Assembly (NCBI GenBank): GCA_951406725.2
Contig: OX597831.1
Span: forward strand, 11,160,001 to 11,224,000
Direction of reading: 5' to 3'
Length of the DNA: 64,000 nt
DNA from: Octopus vulgaris
Lineage: Eukaryota
Shown here in pieces: positions 27,720 to 40,920 of this stretch (positions within the stretch are counted from its first letter, which is position 1; every line of letters starts with the position of its first letter). The notes below the pieces were generated by a model. That model had not been told where the DNA came from. It saw only the letters and a program-made list of their open reading frames with translations, and did not search any database. The translations under genes and the position numbers were made by a program.

Positions 27720-27910
27720 TACAGAGTTTGACCACCTCCTGTGCCTACACCTTAGAACCATCATGGCATCTGAAGTGGCTTTTGAAACCAGACAGTGTTT
27801 TGAAAAGACTCTCACATCGAATGCATATCCAGTTCGGACCACTAAGAGCTGCAGATAACGTTCTGATCTTTGTGGATCTTGAAATGTCTTTTGAGGCCTC
27901 CGTTAGATCT
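27720..27910 (-). mobile_element. RTE-type LINE 3' end with C2H2 zinc finger
   Basis: Minus ORF ends WICIRCESLFKTLSGFKSHFRCH (CxxC...H...H), typical of RTE C-termini. Confidence 0.7.
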
Positions 27911-27954
27911 GCAGACCTTATATGTATATATATATATATATATATCATCTTCCT

Positions 27955-28148
27955 CCTCATCATCATCATCGTTTAACGTCCGTTTTCCATGCTAGCATGG
28001 GTTGGACGGTTCGACCGGGGTCTGGGGAGCCAGGAGGCAGCACCAGGCTCCAGTCTGATCTGGCAATGTTTCTACAGCTGGATGCCCTTCCTAACGCCAA
28101 CCACTCCGTGAGTGTAGTGGGTGCTTTTTACGTGCCACCGGCACAGGT
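27955..28148 (-). mobile_element. Non-autonomous RTE-tailed retroposon
   Basis: Minus-strand 3' end ...CCAACCCATGCTAGCATGGAAAACGGACGTTAAAC(GAT)n; the GGATGCCCTTCCTAACGCCAACC motif is common in RTE-associated elements. Confidence 0.65.
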
Positions 28149-28152
28149 GTCA

Positions 28153-28201
<49 letters not shown>

Positions 28202-28237
28202 CATGTATGTATGTATGTATGTATGTATGTATGTATG

Positions 28238-28306
<69 letters not shown>

Positions 28307-28526
28307 ATATGACGTAAGAATCTATTTTCAAATGCACAAACGCTGATAGAACAGCAGAGATAGAATAAAATATCTAAAGAAAGCGGGAAAATATGTCGGC
28401 AACCAGCCATGGTTCTATCAGCGTTTGTGCGTTTGAAAACAGATTGTTACCTTATTTGTATCTCACAATACGCATTCAGCGCTTCTAAAGCAAGCTCATG
28501 TTTGTTTACATTTTTCGAAACATATA

Positions 28527-28770
28527 CAGGGTTGGCCAAAAGTCACCTGAGAGTAAATGAAAACCATTTAATTCCAAGATTTATTTATGTTTAGCAACTG
28601 AATGAATTTAATAAAAGCATCTAAATATGAAACATCATGAAGATTATTCAAATATATCGCTCAAGAAGGACTTCTTTAGCGATACATTTTTTCCATTAGA
28701 GTCAATAGAGATTTAGAGATAGTGTTTATGGAATTTTGATTTACTGTCGGTTGACTTTTGGCCAACCCTG
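28527..28770. mobile_element. Tc1/mariner-type MITE (244 bp)
   Basis: Perfect 19-bp TIRs CAGGGTTGGCCAAAAGTCA / TGACTTTTGGCCAACCCTG with TA on both sides. Confidence 0.92.
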
Positions 28771-28774
28771 TATA

Positions 28775-29300
28775 CTAGACATAAGTTTCATAAACTACAA
28801 AATATAAATATCCACACCACCACACCTGAAACGTACCTGTTATAATTCTTTATCCTGATTTGAAGGTAGGTGAAGGTGTTTAGAATGCCCAAACTTATTT
28901 CTGCAACTGTGCTAAACATTGATACTGATTAATAAGCATAGGAGAGAGGTAAATGTAGTAGCAATAAGGGGTCAGTGAGGGTCACATTTAAGCTGCCCTT
29001 CAGAAATTAATCCTCCTTACGATACTCTCTGAGAGTAGTTCATGCTATGAAATTCATTGTCATTGGACCGATTTGGTCGTCAATGCCACGTATTTAATTT
29101 AAAATGCAGTAAAAATAAGGAAGTCGGTGGGACCCCAATTAGGCCGCCCTTAAAAAAAATAGACCCACTTATGAAATTCCCTGGGATTAGGGGAATTACT
29201 GGTTTGATTTTGATTTTCATTGTCCTTCTATCAACGGTCTAGGAGAAGTTGAGAACACAAAAACGTAACGGAGAGAAACACATCATTCAAATTTATAATA

Positions 29301-29303
<3 letters not shown>
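28775..29303 (-). mobile_element. Possible non-autonomous Helitron-like element
   Basis: Minus 5' end A|TCCTATTATAAATTTGAATG; CTAG at 28775-28778, but no clear subterminal hairpin. Confidence 0.35.
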
Positions 29304-29353
<50 letters not shown>

Positions 29354-29355
<2 letters not shown>

Positions 29356-29510
29356 CGTGGTTGTATGGTATGAAATTTGCTTCCCACTTACAAGGTTCTG
29401 GGTTCGGTCCCATTGTGTGTCTTCTGCTATATCCTCGGGCCGACTGAAAACTTGTGAGTGTATTTGGTAGACGGAAACTAAAAGAAGCCTCTTGCTTGTG
29501 TCTGCATGCA
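29354..29510 (+). mobile_element. SINE family A 5' half, diverged
   Basis: GTCTTCTGCTATATCCTCGGGCCGAC...TTGGTAGACGGAAACTAAAAGAAGCC. Confidence 0.75.
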
Positions 29511-29870
29511 CACACACACACATAAAAACATATATATATAATATATATATCGCCATGCCTGATCACTAAATCCACATGCTTTTTCTTAGTCTCTCTCTGT
29601 TTATTTTGTCTTATTCTTTTTTGTTGAAGAGCGTCGGCTCTAAACGTAAATGATTTTTCCATTTTCCCCGAGTGTCAAACGAATACACCCACCTGCTTGT
29701 TGTTCATACACCTGTCTTCATCTTTTGTTTTTCTGTAAATTTTATATAGATATGTGTATGTATGTATGTATGTATGTATGTATGTATGTATGTATATGTA
29801 TGTATGTATGTATGTATGTACGTATGTATGTATGTATGTATGTATGTATGTATGTATGTATGTATGTATG

Positions 29871-29917
<47 letters not shown>

Positions 29918-29931
29918 TATGTATGTATGTG

Positions 29932-29974
<43 letters not shown>

Positions 29975-30305
29975 ATATGTGTGTGTGTGTATGTATATAT
30001 GTATATATATATATGAATAGGAAAGGCTTTTTCGATCATTTTTCTGCTTCGAGGTTTACATGTTTATAAATCATTTGCTGTTTACAAATCGTGTCTCTGC
30101 TTTTAGTTTTCTTTTGGTTGAAAGCGTTTTTTAAACTGTTCGTTTATTAGTATCAGAGTTCTTTTTAATACAATCATCGTTTCTCTTTTGAGTCGGTCGC
30201 GATGTTAAACTACAAACACTCACATGCGCACACACACACAGCCACGCACACAGCCACGCACACACAGATGCACACACTCATATATGACAGAAATGGATAG
30301 ATAGG

Positions 30306-30374
<69 letters not shown>

Positions 30375-32120
30375 TGACATGTGTCTGTCGATTGTTAGAA
30401 GGGAACGACAGTATGATAGGTGGGGTACTTAGATGAAATAGAGACCTAAAATAAAGGCAAGAAAAAACAAGAGAAATGGAGAAAGAGAGAGAAGAGTGAG
30501 TGAGTGAGTGAGTGAGATAAGTATTGGTTCGAAAGAAAGAAAGGCAACGAGAGAGGGGGGAACCGTAGAAGAGAAAAGATAAAGAGAGAAAACATCAGCG
30601 TGACACAGAGACAGACAGACAGACAGACACAGACAAACAGACAGGCAGAGAGGAAGAATTAGAATTGGGTGTACAACCTCCAGATATGAGAGGATTTTAC
30701 GAGAATTTAAAATGGCGGCTTGAATAAAGGTATATCACCGTTGTTGTAATATATTAACAGATGCCTTTATCATTGCTGGTTGTGATGGTAGCGTTCATAT
30801 TGTTAAGATCGTTGTTAATTAATTAATAATGACGGTGATAATGAAGATGGTAGTTGTGATGGTGGTGGTGGTGTTAGAAGTGATGATGACGATGAAGATG
30901 GTGGTATTGGTGGTGGTGGTGGTGGTGTTTGATGTTTATGCTGGTGATGGGGGAGGCAGCGGTGATGTCACCGCTGCTGCCACCCACCTCACTGTCCTTA
31001 CCTCGACTGATTACAATGATATATCGGCCTTCTACATGACAACACATTCTCTCTTTGGCATTAATTAATCTTAAATCTTACTTGACTCATCGTTAGTTCA
31101 TCATAAATATTGTTACTGAGGTTGTTATTTAGCCCCTGGTCAAACTTGATCCAGTAGACCTATGACTGTGCGTCTACGTATTTTGAAGCCTTGGGATTAT
31201 TAAAAAGAACGCAGAGGGATTTAATGATCCCAGACTTCTGTAACGCAGATCACCTTGTCATTGGGTAACACGAACCGCAAGAAGACTTAGCAGCCATCTT
31301 GATGAGTTACAAATGAGGCGAAGACACAAACACATCGGATTCCCTTTCACCAGCGGTCAAAATAGACAGGGGATTATAAATGACAAGTCTTTCTTTATTG
31401 GGAACAGAAACATTTAACAATAACCGAGTGATTAGTGACTTCGAAGTATGAATTAAAATCTCATAAAATTTTCCGGACTAGGCACATGACGCTTTCGATA
31501 TCTCACACATATGACCATCCTCTTCCTTTACTCTTTTACTTGTTTCAATCACTTGACTGCGGCCATACTGGAGCACCGGCGTAATATCCATCTCGATTTT
31601 TTGTAAGCAAAGCCGATGGAGTACCTTTTCACCAGGAACGAAATGCATGGCTGTAAATGTAAAGTTGTAAATCCAAGTTGTATAAATTAACATAGTAGTC
31701 TGTGTTAGTGCTTAGTGACTTCGAAGTAAGCACTAAATAAAATTATCAAAGAGTGCAAAGAGCCTTTCAGGATCCACTTTTTCGTTTGTAATATGAAAAC
31801 AAACACTTTAAAACATCCAAGGAAATTCCCCAGCCTGGGTACGCTGTTAACTCGGTATCCTTCATATACACTCAAATCGACGACAACCTAACCATGACTC
31901 TCTCGCCTTTTTAAAACTTACGCAGGGCTACATTATATGTAACGTATTTCTGTGAGCTTAAATATGGAGTAAGATTGTGATGAGGGAGATTTGGGTGCTT
32001 TTTCTAGCAGGTCTTACGACCATGTGGAGCATGCCTTCTTTGTTGATGCGATTGTCGTTGATTTTCTTATTGTTGTAAGTGGTTTTATTTGTTTCTGCTG
32101 TTATGTTTTTCTTCCTCAGT

Positions 32121-32493
32121 GGAGGCGCAATGGCCCAGTGGTTAGGGCAGCGGACTCGCAGAGGTAGGATCGCGGTTTCGATTCCCAGACCTGGCGTTGT
32201 GTTTATTGATCGAAAACCCCTAAAGCTCCACGAGGCACCGGCAGGGGTTGGTGGTGAGCCCTGCTGCATTCTTTCACCACCTCTTTCACTCTTTCTTCCT
32301 GTTTCTCTTGTACCTGTATTTCAAAGGGCCAGCTTTGTCACACTCTGTGTCACGTTGAATCTCCCCGAGAACTACGCTAAGGGTACACATGTCTGTACAG
32401 TGCTCAGCCAATTACACGTTAATTTCACGAGCAGGCTATTCTGTTGATCGGATCAACTGGATCACTCGTCGTCGTAACCGACGTAGTGCCACA
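32121..32493 (+). mobile_element. SINE family C (tRNA-derived), full length
   Basis: GGAGGCGCAATGGCCCAGTGGTTAGGGCAGCGGACTCGC (A box)...GGTTTCGATTCCC (B box), followed by ~290 nt of non-tRNA body. Confidence 0.85.
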
Positions 32494-32534
32494 ATGTTCT
32501 TTCTCACTTCCCTGCATTATATATTATTATTACG

Positions 32535-33125
32535 TATGCTTACCGGCATTAAGTTCCGAGATCAAATTCCGACGAAGTCGTCTTTGCCTTTTGAGCAATG
32601 GGGTCGATGTAATCGACCAGCCCCTCCCCCACATGTTCAGGTCTTTTGTCTATAGTAGAAAGGATTATTACCTGAACAAAGGCAGTGAGGTAGCAGAATC
32701 GTTACCATGCCGGACAAAATGCGTGGCGGCATTCCATCCGTTTTTACGTATTGGGTTCAAATGACAGCGAAGTTATCTTTGCCTTTTCTCGTTTCGGGGG
32801 TTGATTAAATAAGTACCAGTGAAGTAATGGGATTGATTTAATCAATTAACCCCCTCCACAGAACCCCCAAATTTTTCAAGCTCACTGCCAATTGTAGAAA
32901 CGATTATTGGGACCAAGATTGAGGGGCGAATCGTTGTGGCACCGGAACAAATGCCTAGCGGTATTTCTTCTGGTTCTTTGCATTCTGAGTTCAAATGCTA
33001 CTGAGTTCGACTTTCCCCTTCATCTTTTTGGATCGATAAAACAGGTATCAGTCAAATACTGGAGTCAATGTAATTAACTTTTTTTCTGCTCTTAAAACTG
33101 ATGACTTTGAACCCAAATTGAAAAC
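32535..33125 (+). mobile_element. Three tandem diverged SINE B units
   Basis: Units at ~32535-32668, 32680-32905 and 32920-33125. Confidence 0.78.
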
Positions 33126-33239
33126 GAGCTATCGTTACTTTTATGTTTGGGGTGAAATAGTAAACATCTTCCATTGTTATCTCAGTGCATGTCTTTCAAT
33201 GGCTTAGATCAGGAGGAACGGATTATACCAGCAAACTTC

Positions 33240-33565
33240 TTAGGTCTGTTGTTGTTGATCCACTTAAAAATCAGTCCCGACAACAGCAAACAAACATTTA
33301 TAAAAGAAAAAACGTGACCCGAGGAAAGAATTGCAAAAGGATTCACATCCGGGTCTGAATGGACTGGGACAAGAATTAGATATAATAGTCCTGGCGGCAC
33401 CTGAGAAAGAAACGACAGAACATATAAAAGCAGGAAGAAGAACTGGTGTGAAGGACGTGCAAGTAATTGTCTTTGAGGAACAGATACTGTTATAGTAGCC
33501 GTAGAAAGAGTAAACTGAGGAGACAGAACGTCTAGAGGCCAAAGGTTGGAGTGTAAAAACCAAAA
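33240..33565 (-). mobile_element. CR1/L2-group LINE 3' remnant
   Basis: Minus [28 protein letters not shown] resembles the LxxLxxRR...FYxYxNG RT C-terminal pattern. Confidence 0.5.
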
Positions 33566-33882
33566 ATTTCTGTTCTCAAATACTTTTTAAAAAAACAAAT
33601 ATTTCTTTGTTTTATTTTTTTTTAAAACGATTTTTCTTTTTTCTTTCTCGTTGTTATTGCTGCACAAACAGATCTTTTGGCCGGAGTTTTCTTGTGTTGC
33701 AATGCGTGTCTCAAAGGAATCAATATCCTTTTTCATATTCTACAATTAGACAGAACTTTGGGATTTATAAAGCAACTCTCTACTCTCTATGCAAATTATC
33801 AATGCAACTGGAGTCTCCAGTTTTTTGCTGCATATTTTCCCACATTAATAATAACCATTTCTTCTACATATACATACATACA

Positions 33883-34170
<288 letters not shown>

Positions 34171-34645
34171 TTGTAAATTGTTTCAAAATGTCGAAAAAGG
34201 TACTCATCGTTTGTTCTTATGTTATTGTTTTATGATTGTTATTTGATTACAAAATCGTTAATGTGTAACGCAATCCCGGCTCGTTTCCATTTTGGCAAAC
34301 TTCAACTTCTGATGCAGCTCCTCTTACGATACTCAATCAATCTGAAATTCTTCCGATTTTGATATCAATTGATCAATGAAACATTTAGACTGCAGAGGCA
34401 GATTTTTTGTTTTGTTTTTCATCCTATCGCAACCTTTTCAAGCACCGGGAATCGCTGTGTGGGTAAGGTGGACGACTCCCAATCACAAAGGTCCGAATTC
34501 GGTTTCACTCCGCAGCCTATTAACCAATTATCTTGTCTCATGACCTCCTCGCAGAGTTCACCAATTCTTTAGTAATAAAACTGACATGATGATTGCTATA
34601 CATACATCAAAATATCTATTTATCTATCTATCTATCTCCCCCACT

Positions 34646-34706
<61 letters not shown>

Positions 34707-35126
34707 GATAGATAGATAGACAGATAGATAGATAGATAGATAGATAGATATATAGTTATATGTATATACATATTTATATATGTATGTATTCATTATATAT
34801 GCATTATGTATACATATGCATTATGTATGTATATGCATATTTATATATATATGTGTGTGTGTGTGTGTGTTTGTGTGTGTGTGTACAGAGACACACAGAG
34901 AGATCCACCGACTTTTTCCATCCAAAGGCATTTTTAACTCGATATTTACACGCTATTATTTATAGCTTCGTCTACTTCGAGTTAGACCATTAATAAAACT
35001 TTATGCAACTCCACTCCACGTCACACGGACGCAGGCACACACAAACACACGCATGCATACATACATGCCTCTGTGTGTGTGTGTGTTTGCATGTATGTAT
35101 ATATATATATATATATATGATAGATA

Positions 35127-35995
35127 CGTGGTCTGATCAATAAGTATACAGGTTGTTGCCATAGTAACGAAGCTAAAACACGGAGAGTAAAGCTGCTTGA
35201 TTCATATTGACCTTCAGCTCTACTGTGCATATACACAAAGTTTTAACTTTCTAGCTCACTTCTGCTGTTTAGAGCAGTGCTTGGAACGAAGGTGTGTAGT
35301 GTGTGATTGTTGCATTCACCATGACTGAGAAAGTTGAGCAGAGAATCTGCGTCAAATTTTGCTGAAAGCTTGGTGATACCTGCTCAGAGACTGATGCAAA
35401 GTTTTCAAAATGTTTTCGTTGATCTTGACACAATCAAGGCGATCTTGTGCAACTGAGAGTCAAGTGTCTTTTTGGTCAGCTGAAAATAGTTTTGGCACAA
35501 ACATGGCAGACACGCGTCTCATACCCAAATCTTCCGTGATAATGGACTGAACTGAACCGTAACTAATCTGCACATCTGCAAAGTCACGGATGGTGATTTG
35601 ACGATTTTCCCCTCACAGCTGCATGCACATCTGCGATGATTTTCGCAATTCTGCTGGTTGCGGATCTCCAAGAAGGTTCGTCACTATCGACATTTTTCGT
35701 TCATCTTGGAAACGTCTGAACCACTCGTACACTTGTGTGAGGCTCGTACACTCCTCTCCATACACTTTCTGCAACACTGCGTCGGCCTCTAAGCAGACAT
35801 TGCCTTGACAACTTTCATTGTCATGGTCAATGCGACGATCACATGCTACACACCTTCCTTTCAAGCACTGCTGTAAACAGCGCAGGGTGACCTACAGCGT
35901 CAAAACTTAGTGCTCTTGCACAACAGAGTTTAAGATCAATGTTTGATAAGCGGCTTTACTCTGTTTGCTTTAGCTTCGTTACTATGGCAACTGTC
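35127..35995. mobile_element. mariner derivative built from two convergent 5' halves
   Basis: + strand: TA|CGTGGTCTGATCAA TIR, UTR, MTEKVEQRICVKFC*KLG (ATG at 35321). Minus strand: same UTR, then VLQKVYGEECTSLTQVYEWFRRFQ...LGMRRVSAMFVPKL. Confidence 0.88.
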
Positions 35996-36040
35996 ATGAA
36001 TTTATATGAATTTATGAATATATATATATATATATATAAG

Positions 36041-36100
<60 letters not shown>

Positions 36101-36569
36101 TATCTCTTATTATAAAAGGCAGATTTTATCTGCCTCCCTTTGTATCTTATACAAATCTACAATATAGGATTTCTTCAATTACAATTTACCTAGCATTTTT
36201 AAGAGTAGAATGCATCGGGTCGTGACAGGTCCACTTTTTTAAAATTTCAACCCCAATTAAGCAAAATTTAGAGAAAACTCACATTGTGGTGTATGAGTCA
36301 AATGCTTCTCTTACTGTGGGATACAGCACACGCAAACGCACACACACAGTGTGCAATGAATAAAGTGAAACTAATTCACTTTCTGTAGTGAGTGACTATT
36401 TCACTCTACATTCCCACTTCCACTTTACACACATAGACACGCAAATATATAAATAAAATTGTAAGCTAACGTGTGTGTGTGCGTGTGTGTGAGTGTGTGT
36501 ATGTGTGCGTGTGTGTGTGTGTGTGAGGATGCGTGTGTGTGTGTGCGTGTGCGTGAGTGTGTGACAGGA

Positions 36570-37417
36570 AAGTTCTTTACGACGAATATAAGATCTAAAG
36601 TATATACAAGTAGCAGAAAGATCGCCCAAAAGTGTATATAGATATTTAAATGTATTTATATATTCATCTATACACAGATGTATGTATAATGTGTGTGTAT
36701 ATATTTCCATAGCGGTAACCTTTAACTCCATACAAAGTTTTTTAGGACGAATATAAGATCTAAAGTATATACAAGTAGCAGAAAGATCGCCCAAAAGTGT
36801 ATATAGATATTTAAATGTATTTATATATTCATCTATGCCCACATTTATGTATAACGTGTGTGTATATATTTCCATAGAGGTAACCATTCACTCCATACAA
36901 AGTTTTTTAGGACGAAAATAAGATCTAAAGTTATCTCTAAGAAAAAGAAAGATCGCCCAAAAGTGTATATAGATATTTAAATGTATTTATATATTCATCT
37001 ATACACAGATGTATGTATAATGTGTGTGTATATATTTCCATAGAGGTAACCTTTCACTCCATACAAAGTTTTTTAGGACGAAAATAAGATCTAAAGTTAT
37101 CTCTAAGAAAAAGAAAGATCGCCCAAAAGTGTATATAGATATTTAAATGTATTTATATATTCATCTATACACAGATGTATGTATAATGTGTGTGTATATA
37201 TTTCCATAGAGGTAACCTTTCACTCCATACAAAGATTTTAGGACGAAAATAAGATCTAAAGTTATCTCTAAGAAAAAGAAAGATCGCCCAAAAGTGTATA
37301 TATATATTCAAATGTATTTATATATTCATCTATACACACATGTATGTATAATGTGCGTGTATATATTTCCATAGAGGTAACCATTCAATCCATAAAAAGT
37401 TTTTTAGGCCGAAAATA
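36570..37417 (+). repeat. Five-copy ~165-bp tandem repeat inside the Helitron
   Basis: AGATCT at 36591, 36756, 36921, 37087 and 37252 (period 165-166). Confidence 0.96.
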
Positions 37418-37665
37418 TTTATATATAAAAGAAAGGTTGTGTGTCCGTCTACTCCGATTTAGATTCCTAACTACTCCCACATTTTGCAATGCAGTTTAAC
37501 CAAAACCGAGTATCTTATAGTCGTGATTCATATCGAGCCCTTCTGGGTATTAGCGCGCGTCTACGATGAGTCTATGATTTTACAAATAATTTACCATCAT
37601 TTTTTTCCATTTTAATGCATTTTTTTTAAAAATAAAGGGAAGTAACTCTCAAACTTCACACCAAT

Positions 37666-38186
37666 ATGCGTGCTCATATGCGACGTAATATCACATCAGC
37701 AGCATTTCCTCACACCCTCCTTGCACTTGGCGAAGGCAAAATACCAGGGGATGAAAATGGTAATATTGCCATCGAGTCCATTTGTACCATTGTTAAGACG
37801 CCTTCTGATCTCAGAGATGCAGTGTTCCCGATCTACAAGCTAATTATCAGAATATGGATTGGATTGGCAAAAAGGCTATACTGGCCCCGAGGAATAAAAC
37901 TGTTCACCATATTTATGATGAAATGCTAAAACTCATTCCTGGGGAAGTCTATGTATATCAGTCTATCGATACAACTCCTGACCCAGAGGACGTCATCAAC
38001 TATCCAATAGAGGTACTCAATTCCTTTGAGCACACCGGACTACCACCACACTTTCTCAAACTTAAAGTTGGTGCCCCTATAATGCTCATCAGAAATTTGG
38101 TTCCCCCAAAACAATGCAATGGCACACGTTTGATCGTTAAGTCCTTATCTCCCACCGTAAACTTATATCAATATTTGCCTGAATAA
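37666..38186 (+). pseudogene. Helitron RepHel PIF1-like helicase fragment
   Basis: NMRAH...LLALGEGK, frameshift, then AILAPRN...YPIEVLNS...GLPPHFLKLKVGAPIMLIRNLVPPKQCNGTRLIV. Confidence 0.94.
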
Positions 38187-38261
38187 TCATCATAATTCAG
38201 TGCAATCATTAACAGTACTTTCAAGCAATTCAGCCCCGAGCAACGCCGGGCAATTCTGCTA

Positions 38262-38302
<41 letters not shown>

Positions 38303-38303
<1 letters not shown>

Positions 38304-38807
38304 TAGCAGTATCGCCCGGCGTTGCTCGGGTTTGTAAGGGAAATAACTATATAAGCATTTTTAGAGAGTTACTTCCCTTATAAATTCGGGCTTTCTTAGC
38401 CATTTTTGTTTTGGTGTCTTCAAGCCATGAAGTCGTTGTTCTAAAAGAACGCTGGTTTCCTTCACAACGCATTACGACGTTGATTTCTTTACACTCCCTT
38501 CCCCACAGCTTCACGAGGGAGGGAAGGGGGAGAAGCAAACAGGTGCAGCTGTGAGCGTGGACGCCAACTCCGCCGCCATCGACATACGATGCATTTATGC
38601 ATTAAAATGGAATAAAAAATGATGTTAAATTATTTTTAAAATCGTAGACTCATCGTTGACGAGCGCTAATAGTCAGACGGGCTCGATATGAATCACGACT
38701 ATAAGATACCCGAATTTGGTTAAACTGCACCGCAAAATGTGGGAGGAGTTAGGAATCTAAATCGAAGGGGACAGACACTCACACAACTAGAGTTTTATAT
38801 ATATAGA
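38303..38807 (-). mobile_element. Non-autonomous Helitron (505 bp)
   Basis: Minus 5' A|TCTATATATATAAAAC; 3' CCCGAGCAACGCCGGGCGATACTGCTAG|T; 5' part homologous to 37418-37620. Confidence 0.9.
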
Positions 38808-38815
38808 TATGCATA

Positions 38816-38894
<79 letters not shown>

Positions 38895-38907
38895 ATATAT
38901 ATATATA

Positions 38908-39000
38908 CCGTAAATCCTCGAGTATGATCCGCATTTTCCCCCCAAATTTAAAGGTCAAAATCCCTAGTGCGAGCTATATAAGAGGTTATAAATGAAAATT
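38908..39000. mobile_element. One end of a pogo/Tc2-like MITE
   Basis: TA|CCGTAAATCCTCGAGTATGATCCGCA terminal motif; partner end not found. Confidence 0.45.
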
Positions 39001-39204
39001 ATTTTCTAAGCCATGTCCGAGTCTCTATTTGTTAACTTAAACCGAGTTAAATTACGAGGTGTCTTCAGAAATTAGTGATCATAATTTACAGTTTCTGTAA
39101 ATGAAGAAGTTGTAACGAAGTGGCTGACTCTAGTGTGCGTACAAAAAGCTAAATACACATACATACGTGCATTTCTTTATATATACACACACACTCACTC
39201 ACTT

Positions 39205-39480
39205 ACTCTCGAAACGCGTAGTAGATAAAAGAGGGGACAACTGATGAAGGGAATGTTCTTTATATTGCCTGTCTCGTCTCTCTATTTTTTTCTTCCGTTG
39301 TTCGAAAAAAATGTTCGTTTTCTATGTTTTTGTTATTTATGTTCTCGTTTTGTTCACATTTTTTTGATGTCCTGTACCCATATATGCATGTATATATACA
39401 TATACATGTATGTATATACCTATATGTATGTATATATGAATATATATATATATATTATATTATATACATATATATATAGA
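39205..39480 (+). mobile_element. Putative PLE pseudo-LTR fragment (same family as 5576)
   Basis: GGGGACAACTGATGAAGGGA...GTTCGTTTTCTATGTTTTTG is shared with 5578-5720; preceded by the hammerhead 3' half GAAACGCGUA. Confidence 0.65.
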
Positions 39481-39523
39481 GAGAGAGGAAGAGCAAGATA
39501 TACATGCATGTGCATTTGTATGC

Positions 39524-39569
<46 letters not shown>

Positions 39570-39574
39570 ATCTA

Positions 39575-39679
<105 letters not shown>

Positions 39680-39939
39680 ATGTCTGTCTGTCTGTCTGTA
39701 TGTATGTATGTATGTATATATGTATGTATATATATGTAAGTATGTGTGTCTGTGTGTGCGTGTCTGTGTGTTTGTGTGCGTATTTGTGTGTTTGTATGTG
39801 CGTGTGCGTGTGTGTGTGTGGCCATTCATTCATTGAACAACACTCGTGCCTCTCGTAGACATTAAAAGTTCATTACTTTATTAACGACTTACGACATTTT
39901 AAATAACCAGTTTATCAATCAACCATATTTGCCAAAACG

Positions 39940-39986
<47 letters not shown>

Positions 39987-40482
39987 ACGTGTGTGTGTGT
40001 TTCTATTGTACACACACACACACGTACTTATGGTGCTGACCTCTCTCCATACAGAATCTGACGCAATCGATACAATTGACTGGTAATTTTGTAAAATTGT
40101 TACTTTATTGCTTTCACTTTTGTTGTTGTTGTTGTTGTTGTTGTTGTTGATGATGATGCGTTGTTGCGATTGTTGTTGTTGTTGGTGGTGGTGGTGATTA
40201 TGGTTTTGGTGCGATTTGCACTGGTAAGGCGCTCCAATACTAATGGCGATCGTTACGATGGCTTCCATGAAAATACAAAGCAGTTGGGTGGTCGCCATGA
40301 CGATGTTATGTCGATGATGGTGGTGATGATGATGGTGGTTTGGATCATAGTGACGATGGTAGAGGTTGTGGTAGTGGTGGTGGTGTTAATGACTGTCGTG
40401 GTAGTCGTAGTAGAGATAGGGATTACGCCGGTAGATGTGGGGGCACTATGTGTGTGTTTGTCTATGTGCAAGTGTGTGTGTG

Positions 40483-40690
40483 TGAGGTCGACTTTGCCTT
40501 TCATTCTTTCGGGGTCGATAAATTAAGTACCAGTTACGCACTGGGGTCGATATAATCGACTTAATCCCTTTGTCTGTCCTTGTTTGTTCCCTCTGTGTTT
40601 AGCTCCTTGTGGGTAGTAAAGAAATATATATATATACATACACACATATATACATATATGTGTGTATGTATCTATATATGTACGCATGTA

Positions 40691-40724
<34 letters not shown>

Positions 40725-40830
40725 CATACATATGACCAGCTTCTTTCAGTTTCAGCCGACCAAATCCACTCACAAGTCATTGGTCGGCCCGAGGCTATAG
40801 TAGCAATGGGACTGAACCCGGAACCATGTG
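40483..40830. mobile_element. SINE B 3' half (+, 40483-40625) and SINE A fragment (-, 40735-40830)
   Basis: Sequence matches to the intact copies elsewhere in the window. Confidence 0.85.
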
Positions 40831-40831
40831 A

Positions 40832-40920
<89 letters not shown>

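Larger units (their letters stand above)
36103..38262 (+). mobile_element. Composite non-autonomous Helitron
   Basis: 5' A|TCTCTTATTATAAAA; 3' hairpin CCCGAGCAACGCCGGG then CTAG|T; internal PIF1 helicase fragment. Confidence 0.88.

Noticed and set aside
29620-29655. UUGAAGA-GC-GUCG-GC-UC-UAAACGUA hammerhead-like string
   Set aside because: G12 is missing and the core overlaps helix II; at best a decayed remnant.
32121-32195. tRNA-like sequence with A and B boxes
   Set aside because: No convincing cloverleaf; it continues into a SINE body and related heads recur at 3950 and 59892.
36570-37417. Regularly spaced repeats suggestive of a CRISPR array
   Set aside because: The whole 165-bp unit repeats with no unique spacers; eukaryotic Helitron context and no cas genes.
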